Source of the DNA: Naegleria gruberi
Lineage: Eukaryota
NCBI GenBank assembly: GCA_000004985.1
Contig: GG738877.1
Reading direction: 5' to 3' (one strand)
DNA: 64,000 bases
The notes under the pieces: model-generated
Databases searched by the model: none
What the model was told of the DNA's origin: nothing
What the model saw: only the letters and a program-made list of their open reading frames with translations
In this document: positions 52,995 through 62,646 of the stretch, piece by piece
Layout of the letters: each line of letters opens with the position of its first letter
How positions within the stretch are numbered: position 1 is the stretch's first letter
Program-made: the position numbers and the translations under genes

Positions 52995-54354
52995 ACTATT
53001 TATACAGTTTATTTTGTTTATTATTATTGAAATATTTGTTGTTGGATTGTGAACTTTTGGTAATTCTTTCATCATTACAATTTTATTTAAAATTTAAAGA
53101 AAAATTCATCACAATCGATCAGCCTAAACAATTCACACAACAATAAGAAGTGCACTAAAATAATCGGAAGATGACATCTAATCAAATTAATCATAATGAA
53201 AATATCATAAATAATAACAACATGTTATTAGAAGAATTACCTAATGAAATACTTTGTTTAATATTAGATCATTTTGAATTTAAATTTCTATTTCACAATT
53301 ATAGATTAATATGTAAAAAATTTAATTTTATTATTTGTAATGAATTGAGATGTTCATGTTCAATTGTTAAAACTATGAATATAATTAATAGTGATGAAAA
53401 TATTAAATCTTTTATTTCATGTTGTGAAAATAATTGTTTAAATTCAATTACAAGTTTAAAAAATATTAAACCTCATAGTATGTTAATTATTTAATTATTT
53501 AATTANNNNNNNNNNNNNNNNNNNNNNNNNNNNNNNNNNNNNNNNNNNNNNNNNNNNNNNNNNNNNNNNNNNNNNNNNNNNNNNNNNNNNNNNNNNNNNN
53601 NNNNNNNNNNNNNNNNNNNNNNNNNNNNNNNNNNNNNNNNNNNNNNNNNNNNNNNNNNNNNNNNNNNNNNNNNNNNNNNNNNNNNNNNNNNNNNNNNNNN
53701 NNNNNNNNNNNNNNNNNNNNNNNNNNNNNNNNNNNNNNNNNNNNNNNNNNNNNNNNNNNNNNNNNNNNNNNNNNNNNNNNNNNNNNNNNNNNNNNNNNNN
53801 NNNNNNNNNNNNNNNNNNNNNNNNNNNNNNNNNNNNNNNNNNNNNNNNNNNNNNNNNNNNNNNNNNNNNNNNNNNNNNNNNNNNNNNNNNNNNNNNNNNN
53901 NNNNNNNNNNNNNNNNNNNNNNNNNNNNNNNNNNNNNNNNNNNNNNNNNNNNNNNNNNNNNNNNNNNNNNNNNNNNNNNNNNNNNNNNNNNNNNNNNNNN
54001 NNNNNNNNNNNNNNNNNNNNNNNNNNNNNNNNNNNNNNNNNNNNNNNNNNNNNNNNNNNNNNNNNNNNNNNNNNNNNNNNNNNNNNNNNNNNNNNNNNNN
54101 NNNNNNNNNNNNNNNNNNNNNNNNNNNNNNNNNNNNNNNNNNNNNNNNNNNNNNNGAATGATGAATTTCATCCATTTTTGAAAATTTAACAAATTTAGAA
54201 TCTTTAATTTTATCAAAAAATAATTTTAAGAAACTTGATTTTTCAAACTTAACAAAATTAGATTTAAATGGAAACAAAAATTTAGAATTTGTTGATTTAT
54301 CTAATTGTAAATTAACATATTTAGATTTATCATTTACTAAAATTGGAAGCGAAA
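52471..54354. repeat. duplicated block, copy A (continues to at least 54719 on this side)
   Basis: 52471-53505 matches 61946-62981, and 54156-54354 matches 63801-64000. The only differences are a 1-nt indel near 52630, a G/A substitution near 52663, and a 1-nt indel near 54170. The sequence corresponding to B 62982-63800 lies in A's N gap. Confidence 0.85.
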
Positions 54355-54719
54355 CAATTAAAACATTTAAAAATAATCCAATTAAATTTTTAAATTTACA
54401 AAAAATTGAAAAAATTGGAATTGAAAATTGTTTTTCAATTATTAATGAAATTACAACAATAACAGAATTAAATGTTTCAAATTGTAAAATTAATTTATTA
54501 CCAAAAAAGTGTCAATTAATTAATTTAAACAATTTTAATATTAGTAATAATTCATTAAATGACACGACTTTGGAATATTTTAAACAATTAACAAGAATTA
54601 GAAAATTAAATATTTATAGTAATAAGTTTAGTGATAATGGAAGAGATGAATTAAATAATAATTTTAAAAATATTGAAGAATTTATTTATTATTATAAAGA
54701 TTTTAAATATATTTTTTAA
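53171..54719 (+). CDS. F-box / leucine-rich-repeat protein, copy A (exon 2 mostly inside the 53506-54155 gap; 1-nt deletion at about 54170)
   Basis: Exon 1 is 53171-53477 (MTSNQINHNEN…LPNEILCLILDHFEFKFLF…, F-box-like) with a GTATGT donor. Exon 2 resumes after the gap at 54156 and runs to TAA at 54717-54719 (…LDLSFTKIGSETIKTFKNNPIKFLNLQKIEKIGIENC…KLNIYSNKFSDNGRDEL…). Relative to copy B it lacks one T in the gaattt(t)catcc run. Confidence 0.5.
53506..54155. other. assembly gap (650 N) inside F-box/LRR gene copy A
   Basis: The N run is seen directly. Copy B shows the missing sequence is about 819 nt of intron and LRR exon. Confidence 0.95.
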
Positions 54720-55402
54720 ATTATCTCCACAAGAACATTTTCCACACAATTCTCATAAGAGATTGATTATTATTGAATAAAAAGACATGGTGGCTAAATT
54801 TTTTCAGAATGATATTTTCTTCTCAGTTGCATCTGTATGAACTTGGTGAGACTCATTCTTAAATCTGATCCATAGCCAGCATTACTAATTTCAGGCTGAT
54901 TTTTCAATCATCTCCCTTTCTTTTCGTTAATTTTTGGGAGGTTGTTCCAATAATCATTCTATTGTAGTAATTGATATTATAGTTTCAAGAGTCTTTACTT
55001 GCTGTTGGATTTAGCCGTAACTTGGCAAAGAATCACATACTTGATTTTTACTTCCGGAATTTCACACTCTCTTTTTATTGAGGAGGAATTGAGTTTACAA
55101 AACACGCAAACTAGGCATTGAGCGTTCGTTGGTTCAAAATCCTCACTCTGAATTTTCTCAACAAGGCTTGAGACAAAATGCGCTGAAAGAACTTGGCAAA
55201 AAAAATTTCAACAACATCAACACTCAACCACCACTACCACGAAGATGCTCAAGAGAATCCTGACTCCAAGAAATTTGAAGGCTTGTTCTTCAACAACAAC
55301 AACACACAGACATAACACTTCAACTATTATAACAGCAACAACAACAATTAGCAAACGTTTCTTGAATACTGAATTAATAACCTGTAGTGAAAGGGCTTTC
55401 AA

Positions 55403-56572
55403 TTGAATGAAGAACAATTACAATATCAACAATTAGCTAAAGATTTTTGTAACAAACATTTTCCATCACATGAAGTATCGGAATGGGATCGTAATAAAAC
55501 ATTCCCAGTTGATACATTACGTCAAGCAGCAGAATTAGGATTTGGTGGTATTTATGTATCAAGTGAATTTGGTGGTACAGGTTTAAGTAGACTTGATGCA
55601 TCAATTATATTTGAACAATTAGCAATGGGTGATGTTTCAACAACAGCCTATTTAACTATTCATAATATGTGTTGTTGGATGATTGATCAATATGGTTCAA
55701 TTAATCAAAAAGAGAAATATTTACCATCATTATGTAGTATGGAAACAATGTCAAGTTATTGTTTAACTGAACCTAATAGTGGTAGTGATGCTGGTTCATT
55801 GAGAACTATTGCACGTACATTGGATGGTGGTAAAACTTTTACATTGAGTGGTGAAAAGGCTTTCATTTCAGGTGGTGGAAATTCTGATGTTTATTTAATT
55901 ATGGCAAGAGTTATGGATAATGATAAGGATTTGGGTATTACTTGTTTTATTGTTGAAAAGAATAGTGAAGGTTTATCATTTGGTAAGAATGAAATTAAGA
56001 TGGGTTGGAATACTCAACCAACACGTGCTGTTATTATGGATTCAGTTAAAGTTACATCTGATAATATTTTAGGTAGTGTTGGTGAAGGTTTTAAAATTGC
56101 AATGCAAGGTCTTGATGGTGGTAGAATTAATATTGCAACTTGTAGTGTTGGTGGTGCTCAACAATGTTTAAATATGGCAGGTGAATATCTTCATACAAGA
56201 AAACAATTTGGAAAAACACTTTCAAATTTCCAATATTTACAATTTAAATTAGCTGATATGGCAACTAGAGTTCATGCTTCAAGATTAATGGTTAGATCTG
56301 CTGCAACTCAATTAGGTATTGAAAAATCTTCACATTCAACTGCTTTTTGTGCAATGGCTAAACGTTTTGCAACTGATGAATGTTTTGATGTTGTAAATGA
56401 TTCTTTACAAATGTTTGGTGGATATGGTTATCTTAATGAATATGGTGTTGAAAGATATTTGCGTGATTTACGTGTTCATTGTATTTTAGAAGGTACAAAT
56501 GAAGTTATGAGATTAATTACTTCACGTTATTATTTAAATTTATATAAGGATGGTGGTGTGAGTAATAATTAA
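55403..56572 (+). CDS. acyl-CoA dehydrogenase, isobutyryl-CoA dehydrogenase (ACAD8)-type, mature-region ORF
   Basis: The track ORF starts at TTG 55403. NEEQLQYQQLAKDFCNKHFPSHEVSEWDRNKTFPVDTLRQAAELGFGGIYVSSEFGGTGLSRLDASIIFEQLAMGDVSTTAYLTIHNMCCWMIDQYG…YCLTEPNSGSDAGSL…GYGYLNEYGVERYLRDLRVHCILEGTNEVMRLITSRYY aligns along its length with human ACAD8 ([22 protein letters not shown]…[55 protein letters not shown]…). A presequence-like ATG ORF (55245-55403) lies upstream in a different frame (see findings). Confidence 0.75.
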   Translation: MNEEQLQYQQLAKDFCNKHFPSHEVSEWDRNKTFPVDTLRQAAELGFGGIYVSSEFGGTGLSRLDASIIFEQLAMGDVSTTAYLTIHNMCCWMIDQYGSINQKEKYLPSLCSMETMSSYCLTEPNSGSDAGSLRTIARTLDGGKTFTLSGEKAFISGGGNSDVYLIMARVMDNDKDLGITCFIVEKNSEGLSFGKNEIKMGWNTQPTRAVIMDSVKVTSDNILGSVGEGFKIAMQGLDGGRINIATCSVGGAQQCLNMAGEYLHTRKQFGKTLSNFQYLQFKLADMATRVHASRLMVRSAATQLGIEKSSHSTAFCAMAKRFATDECFDVVNDSLQMFGGYGYLNEYGVERYLRDLRVHCILEGTNEVMRLITSRYYLNLYKDGGVSNN

Positions 56573-56756
56573 TTTATTGAAAATCAAAAGGTTGGTTCCT
56601 TTTCAACAAAACCTCAATAAAATTACATTTTTGATTTTAGATTACTGAATTCCAAAACACACAATTTCATAGCTTCCTTCTAGATTTCAAAGAAGGATTT
56701 AATCTCTGTATCTTAATTCTTTAATTGTTCCAATTTTAAATGGAATTTGAAAAAAA

Positions 56757-58895
56757 ATGTTTAGCCTTCCAGATGGAGACGATGATGAATCATCCATTGG
56801 CTCACCTTCATCACCTCCAATATCTACATTGGCATGCTTAGACTCTCCAATTAATTCACCATCACCTCCAATGTCTCCAATTATTACCTTTAAATCTTCA
56901 TCATCACTAAATAATAATACAAAAAACAAAAAGGCTTTGAATTCTCCACCCTCTCGGAAAACTAGTAAATCGAATATTATTAATAATCAACACCAATATA
57001 ACAACAGCATACAAGAGGCTAACAAGAAGAATAGTAATGATAAAAATGATAATGTACATTATAATGTAAATCTGACACAAAATAAGTGGAGTAAATTATT
57101 ACAAAGTAATATTGATATTCAACAAACACAACAAGATATGAAAAGATCTTTTATTAGAGGAGGAGGTGGTAAAACAAATTCATTCAATCATAATAGTAAT
57201 AATAGTAATAATAATAATAATAATATGAAAAGAAAGAAGGAATATTCAAAGAATGATGATGAAGATGATTTAATTAGTCCATTGAAATATTTAGAAGATA
57301 TTCAATTTTCTCAAATTCCTTCTTCTTTAATGACTTCAAATCAATCATCAAATAACAATGAATTAAAATTAGATTTAAATGATCAAGATATGAATGATTC
57401 ATTTCTAAATGATGATTTTTCATTAGATGATATTAGTAATGAAGAAATTGCAAAACTTCAAACAAAATCAAATGAAAATACTAAAAATAGTAATAATATT
57501 TTTTTATCAAAATTTAAAATTACACCAGATAAGAAAAAATCACCAAATTTAAATTCAACAAAATCATCCTCATCTACTACACCTACATCTAATAATTCAA
57601 CAACACCTGAACAATCATCAATTGAAAAGAAACCTAAACAAGTTTTTAAAATTAAAAATAATGCTGATAGAAAATCAATGGAAAGATCAAAAAACAAATT
57701 TGAAAATTGGTTAAAAACAAGTAATTCAACTAGTCCTGATAAAACTCATCAAATTTTGGATGAAAATAGTGAACATTTAAATCAAGAATCAAATCATTGT
57801 AATGATAATAATAGTAATGATAATGTGTTGGAACAGAACGATGGAGAGAAAATTACTGATAAAAATGTAAATAATAATGAAAATGTTAATATGGAAATTA
57901 GTAATGATAATGAAAATAATCAAAAAAAAAGAAAATTAATTACAAAAGGAACTTTAACAATTAAGAAAAAGAAGACTAGTAGTAGTAATAATGAAAATAT
58001 TACAACAACAAATCAACAAGATAATACTACATTATCTAATATACCAATGACTACATCCACTACAAATAGTCATCAAGATGATGAATCAATAACAACAAGT
58101 ACAATTGTAACGGAAGATAAATCAGAAAAGATAATTAAAAAGAAATCAAATCATGATAAAACCAAATCTAAAAAATCTAAAATTGAAAAAATTAAAATAT
58201 ATGAAAAATATAATGATAATGCAGATGGATTATGTTTTTCAATGGGAGAAGAATGTATACAATGTAATTATTGGAATGATAAAGAAATGATTGAAAATGG
58301 AATTAATTCATTAAATGAATATAAATGTACAAAATGTAATTCTATATTTATACCTTGTTTATTAATACAATATGATAATGATAATATTAAAGATAATTTA
58401 ATAATAGAAAATGAATATAAAATTAAATTCATGTCTAGAGATTTTATTTTAACAGAAATGAAATTATTTAAAAAATTAACATCAAAATTAATTTATGAAA
58501 AGAATTTAAATTTATTTTATAATTTACTTTATCATTTTGGAAGTATTAATGAAGGTATTAATTTCTATCAATCTAATAAGAAGAAACAAAGTAAAAAACA
58601 ATCATCAACAAATACTAAACAAGTAGTTAATAGTAGTAGTATCAGTAGTACTGGTAGTAGTAATACTATTTCTGAACCATTATCTAATAGTACTAACACT
58701 GGTAAACAATCATCATCATCAACAAGTAAATCATCTGAACAATCACCTTCTTCTTCATCAAAAAGTAAACAATCTAATAAGGAATCAAAAAAGAAAAGTG
58801 AATCTACATCTCCAAGTAATGAAAAAACATCTAAAAAGAAAAAAACAACAAGTATTGTAAAAGGACAAAAGAGTTTATTTGATTTTATCAAGTAA
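56757..58895 (+). CDS. hypothetical Asn/Ser/Lys-rich protein with Cys-rich module
   Basis: 712-aa ATG ORF, mostly low complexity. A Cys-containing segment GLCFSMGEECIQCNYWNDKEMIENGINSLNEYKCTKCNSIFIPC (CxxC…CxxC) precedes a globular-looking stretch (…FYNLLYHFGSINEGINFYQ…). Confidence 0.4.
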   Translation: MFSLPDGDDDESSIGSPSSPPISTLACLDSPINSPSPPMSPIITFKSSSSLNNNTKNKKALNSPPSRKTSKSNIINNQHQYNNSIQEANKKNSNDKNDNVHYNVNLTQNKWSKLLQSNIDIQQTQQDMKRSFIRGGGGKTNSFNHNSNNSNNNNNNMKRKKEYSKNDDEDDLISPLKYLEDIQFSQIPSSLMTSNQSSNNNELKLDLNDQDMNDSFLNDDFSLDDISNEEIAKLQTKSNENTKNSNNIFLSKFKITPDKKKSPNLNSTKSSSSTTPTSNNSTTPEQSSIEKKPKQVFKIKNNADRKSMERSKNKFENWLKTSNSTSPDKTHQILDENSEHLNQESNHCNDNNSNDNVLEQNDGEKITDKNVNNNENVNMEISNDNENNQKKRKLITKGTLTIKKKKTSSSNNENITTTNQQDNTTLSNIPMTTSTTNSHQDDESITTSTIVTEDKSEKIIKKKSNHDKTKSKKSKIEKIKIYEKYNDNADGLCFSMGEECIQCNYWNDKEMIENGINSLNEYKCTKCNSIFIPCLLIQYDNDNIKDNLIIENEYKIKFMSRDFILTEMKLFKKLTSKLIYEKNLNLFYNLLYHFGSINEGINFYQSNKKKQSKKQSSTNTKQVVNSSSISSTGSSNTISEPLSNSTNTGKQSSSSTSKSSEQSPSSSSKSKQSNKESKKKSESTSPSNEKTSKKKKTTSIVKGQKSLFDFIK

Positions 58896-59187
58896 TTTTT
58901 GAATGATCAGTTTTAACCAAACATTTAACATGTGATTTGCAGGTAGGAGAATTGAGAACTGTTTCAAGGCAGGTTATACCAGATTGAATTGGTGGTAGCT
59001 TATCAATATAAGGTTACGCAATACTTTAAAGATGTAAAATGTAATTTCAAGAATTTAGAAATAAAAGTTGCGACCTTGTTTGTCTATATTCCAAAAAGGA
59101 TTCATCTTTCTTCAATCACAACTTTTAGCCAATCAAAGAATCTTATCCTCAATAATAATTAGTCCAAACCAGTTTATTTGAATTTAT

Positions 59188-60384
59188 NNNNNNNNNNNNN
59201 NNNNNNNNNNNNNNNNNNNNNNNNNNNNNNNNNNNNNNNNNNNNNNNNNNNNNNNNNNNNNNNNNNNNNNNNNNNNNNNNNNNNNNNNNNNNNNNNNNNN
59301 NNNNNNNNNNNNNNNNNNNNNNNNNNNNNNNNNNNNNNNNNNNNNNNNNNNNNNNNNNNNNNNNNNNNNNNNNNNNNNNNNNNNNNNNNNNNNNNNNNNN
59401 NNNNNNNNNNNNNNNNNNNNNNNNNNNNNNNNNNNNNNNNNNNNNNNNNNNNNNNNNNNNNNNNNNNNNNNNNNNNNNNNNNNNNNNNNNNNNNNNNNNN
59501 NNNNNNNNNNNNNNNNNNNNNNNNNNNNNNNNNNNNNNNNNNNNNNNNNNNNNNNNNNNNNNNNNNNNNNNNNNNNNNNNNNNNNNNNNNNNNNNNNNNN
59601 NNNNNNNNNNNNNNNNNNNNNNNNNNNNNNNNNNNNNNNNNNNNNNNNNNNNNNNNNNNNNNNNNNNNNNNNNNNNNNNNNNNNNNNNNNNNNNNNNNNN
59701 NNNNNNNNNNNNNNNNNNNNNNNNNNNNNNNNNNNNNNNNNNNNNNNNNNNNNNNNNNNNNNNNNNNNNNNNNNNNNNNNNNNNNNNNNNNNNNNNNNNN
59801 NNNNNNNNNNNNNNNNNNNNNNNNNNNNNNNNNNNNNNNNNNNNNNNNNNNNNNNNNNNNNNNNNNNNNNNNNNNNNNNNNNNNNNNNNNNNNNNNNNNN
59901 NNNNNNNNNNNNNNNNNNNNNNNNNNNNNNNNNNNNNNNNNNNNNNNNNNNNNNNNNNNNNNNNNNNNNNNNNNNNNNNNNNNNNNNNNNNNNNNNNNNN
60001 NNNNNNNNNNNNNNNNNNNNNNNNNNNNNNNNNNNNNNNNNNNNNNNNNNNNNNNNNNNNNNNNNNNNNNNNNNNNNNNNNNNNNNNNNNNNNNNNNNNN
60101 NNNNNNNNNNNNNNNNNNNNNNNNNNNNNNNNNNNNNNNNNNNNNNNNNNNNNNNNNNNNNNNNNNNNNNNNNNNNNNNNNNNNNNNNNNNNNNNNNNNN
60201 NNNNNNNNNNNNNNNNNNNNNNNNNNNNNNNNNNNNNNNNNNNNNNNNNNNNNNNNNNNNNNNNNNNNNNNNNNNNNNNNNNNNNNNNNNNNNNNNNNNN
60301 NNNNNNNNNNNNNNNNNNNNNNNNNNNNNNNNNNNNNNNNNNNNNNNNNNNNNNNNNNNNNNNNNNNNNNNNNNNNNNNNNNNN
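59188..60384. other. assembly gap (1197 N)
   Basis: The N run is seen directly. It lies between the 56757-58895 gene and tRNA-Gln. Confidence 0.95.
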
Positions 60385-60575
60385 TGATATTATTAATTTG
60401 GAAAATGAAAGAAATAATTTAAATATGAATAATAGTGATTATATTAAATATTGTAATTTAGTTCCTTTTAGATTGGTACCTTTTATTTATTAGAAATAAA
60501 ATTGTATTTGTAATTATGTATGTAGATTTAATGATTAGTTTATCAAATATGGTTTATCAACTAATTTTATGTGCT

Positions 60576-60646
60576 CGTCTCGTGGTGTAATGGTAGCATA
60601 GTGGACTTTGAATCCATTGACGGAGGTTCGATTCCTCCCGAGACGG
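60576..60646 (+). tRNA. tRNA-Gln (anticodon UUG)
   Basis: The sequence is CGTCTCGTGGTGTAATGGTAGCATAGTGGACTTTGAATCCATTGACGGAGGTTCGATTCCTCCCGAGACGG. The acceptor stem is CGTCTCG/CGAGACG. The D-arm GGTGTAATGGTAGCA and the anticodon arm GTGGA-CTTTGAA-TCCAT match eukaryotic tRNA-Gln(TTG). The T-arm is GGAGGTTCGATTCCTCC. Confidence 0.8.
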
Positions 60647-60991
60647 TAACGTGGCGAGCCATGAAATTTTTCTTTGCATTTGTTTAAGGAATGAACTTTG
60701 GCATATTACTACTAATGGCCCTATCATGACTAAGCACCAAAAGAGTTCATCACAAGAGAGTGTTGTAAATATTTTCAAATGTTGTATGATGGATAAAAAG
60801 CCGAAATATAGAAACTTTTCATACTTCTTCTCTTGAAGGAGAGAACACTTCCAATTTTGAAACTACATATTTGATAGGTGGAAAACAATGGAGATGCATT
60901 TTCTTCTCAAAAAAACAACTCTACACCTACTGCATCTATTAGAGTGCATTCTGATTTTTTCAAAACATTTCATTAGAGGATAATAGAGACA

Positions 60992-61895
60992 ATGTCTGCA
61001 CAAAAAACATGGTTCCTTCATCATTCTCCCGAAGAGAATAATAGTAGTGGTAGTGATATTTGTAGTCCAAGTATTCCTTCTTCTACTACTACTATTACAA
61101 GTAATCATCATCATGATAATGGTAATGATAATAATAGTGATATTCATGCAACTAAATGTACAAGATATACCAATACTATTTTAATATATGTTAATGGTAT
61201 TAGATATTTAATTGATCATCCAAATCCTGAACAAACACTTGGTGATTATTTAAGAGTAAATTTACAATTAACTGGTACTAAAATTGGTTGTTCTGAAGGT
61301 GGTTGTGGTGCTTGTGTTGGTATGTTTTTAATATTTAATTTAATATTCAATATATTTAATATTTAATATTTAATATTTATTTAATATATTTAAAATATAA
61401 TAGTAATGATATCACATTATGATCATCAATTGAATAGAATAATTAATAGAAGTGTTAATGCATGTTTATATCCATTAATTGCAGCTGATGGATATCATAT
61501 TGTTACTGTTGAAGGTGTTGGTACTACAAGAGATGATATGTTACATTTAATACAACAAAGAGTTAGATTATTTCATGCTAGTCAATGTGGTTTTTGTACT
61601 CCTGGTATGTTATTATTTTAATTTTATTTTAATTTTATTATTTTATTTTATTATAATATTAATAATTTAATATTAAATTTACTAAATATAGGATTTATAA
61701 TGTCTTTATATGTTTTATTAAGAAATAATCCACATCCTACTTTAGAAGATGTTGAAAGATCACTTGATGGTAATTTATGTAGATGTACTGGTTATAGACC
61801 GTATGTAATTTAATTATTATTAATATTTAATTAATATTTATTTAATATTTACAATTTAATAGTATTTTGGATGCAGCAAGATCAATTATTGAAGA
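60992..61895 (+). CDS. xanthine dehydrogenase / aldehyde oxidase family, N-terminal 2Fe-2S region; 4 exon segments, truncated by the 61896-61945 gap
   Basis: Exons are 60992-61319, 61404-61604, 61692-61800 and 61863-61895+. The introns (84, 87 and 62 nt) all have GTATGT donors and TAG or AAG acceptors, and the phases are consistent with the track ORFs 60992 and 61406. The encoded protein is …[47 protein letters not shown]|[68 protein letters not shown]|[36 protein letters not shown]|[10 protein letters not shown]. These are the ferredoxin-type and [2Fe-2S]-binding domains of XDH. Confidence 0.7.
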
Positions 61896-61945
61896 NNNNN
61901 NNNNNNNNNNNNNNNNNNNNNNNNNNNNNNNNNNNNNNNNNNNNN
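61896..61945. other. assembly gap (50 N) truncating the xanthine dehydrogenase gene and abutting duplicated block copy B
   Basis: The N run is seen directly. The sequence on the two sides belongs to unrelated genes (XDH exon 4 versus the RWD-protein C-terminus). Confidence 0.95.
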
Positions 61946-62470
61946 AAACGTGAAATGAGTGAATTAAAAGACATGTTAATAGAAACAGCTAATCAATTTT
62001 TAGGTACATCATGTGTATTTACTATTGCTAGTACAATTCAAGAATATTTAGTTCAATATCAACAACGTGAATCTGCTCTAAATGAACAAGATAATTCATC
62101 ATCATTAACAACAAAGAATGATGAAACATCATCAAAAGATAGATTTACAATGGATTCTGAAGTATTAGCATCAAATATTGGACGAGGAACACCTGTTACT
62201 ATTGAAAACTTTAGAGAGTGGCGTGATAAATTTGTTGTTGAACAAAAGAAAATTATGGAAAAACAAAGAATTGAAAAGGCTAAGAAATTACCAGGTCCTA
62301 AAAGTGGTAGAGAAATATTTGAAGAACGTCAACAACTTTTGATCAGTAAAATTGGTGAAGCAGCTGCTGCTAATCAATACGTTGAAGAGGATGATATTGA
62401 TGAAGATTTATTCTTGGAAGATGAAGATGAAGAAGAAGTCAATAATGAAGATGAACAAGATGAAGAATAA
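61946..62470 (+). CDS. RWD-domain protein (RWDD1-like), copy B, 5'-truncated by gap, intact frame
   Basis: Continuous frame …KREMSELKDMLIETANQFLGTSCVFTIASTIQEYLVQYQQRESALNEQDNSSSLTTKNDETSSKDRFTMDSEVLASNIGRGTPVTIENFREWRDKF…EDEQDEE* ending at 62468-62470. The track ORF 61871-62470 is extended through the N gap in a frame unrelated to the XDH exon upstream. Confidence 0.5.
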   Translation, partial: KREMSELKDMLIETANQFLGTSCVFTIASTIQEYLVQYQQRESALNEQDNSSSLTTKNDETSSKDRFTMDSEVLASNIGRGTPVTIENFREWRDKFVVEQKKIMEKQRIEKAKKLPGPKSGREIFEERQQLLISKIGEAAAANQYVEEDDIDEDLFLEDEDEEEVNNEDEQDEE

Positions 62471-62646
62471 ACTATTTATACAGTTTATTTTGTTTATTAT
62501 TATTGAAATATTTGTTGTTGGATTGTGAACTTTTGGTAATTCTTTCATCATTACAATTTTATTTAAAATTTAAAGAAAAATTCATCACAATCGATCAGCC
62601 TAAACAATTCACACAACAATAAGAAGTGCACTAAAATAATCGGAAG

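Noticed and set aside
53495-54277. Long minus-strand ORFs consisting mostly of X residues (53495-54277, 53503-54216), and likewise 59178-60422(+), 34541-34807(-) and 34572-34820(+)
   Set aside because: They are translations running through N gaps. No real sequence supports them.
55217-55417. Minus-strand 66-aa ORF
   Set aside because: It is antisense to the ACAD8 presequence region and is A/C-repeat driven.
61871-62470. Track ORF that fuses sequence upstream of the 61896-61945 gap to the RWD-protein frame ([12 protein letters not shown]…)
   Set aside because: The ATG lies in XDH exon 4 in a different frame from XDH, and the join is through N's. Only 61946-62470 is real coding sequence.
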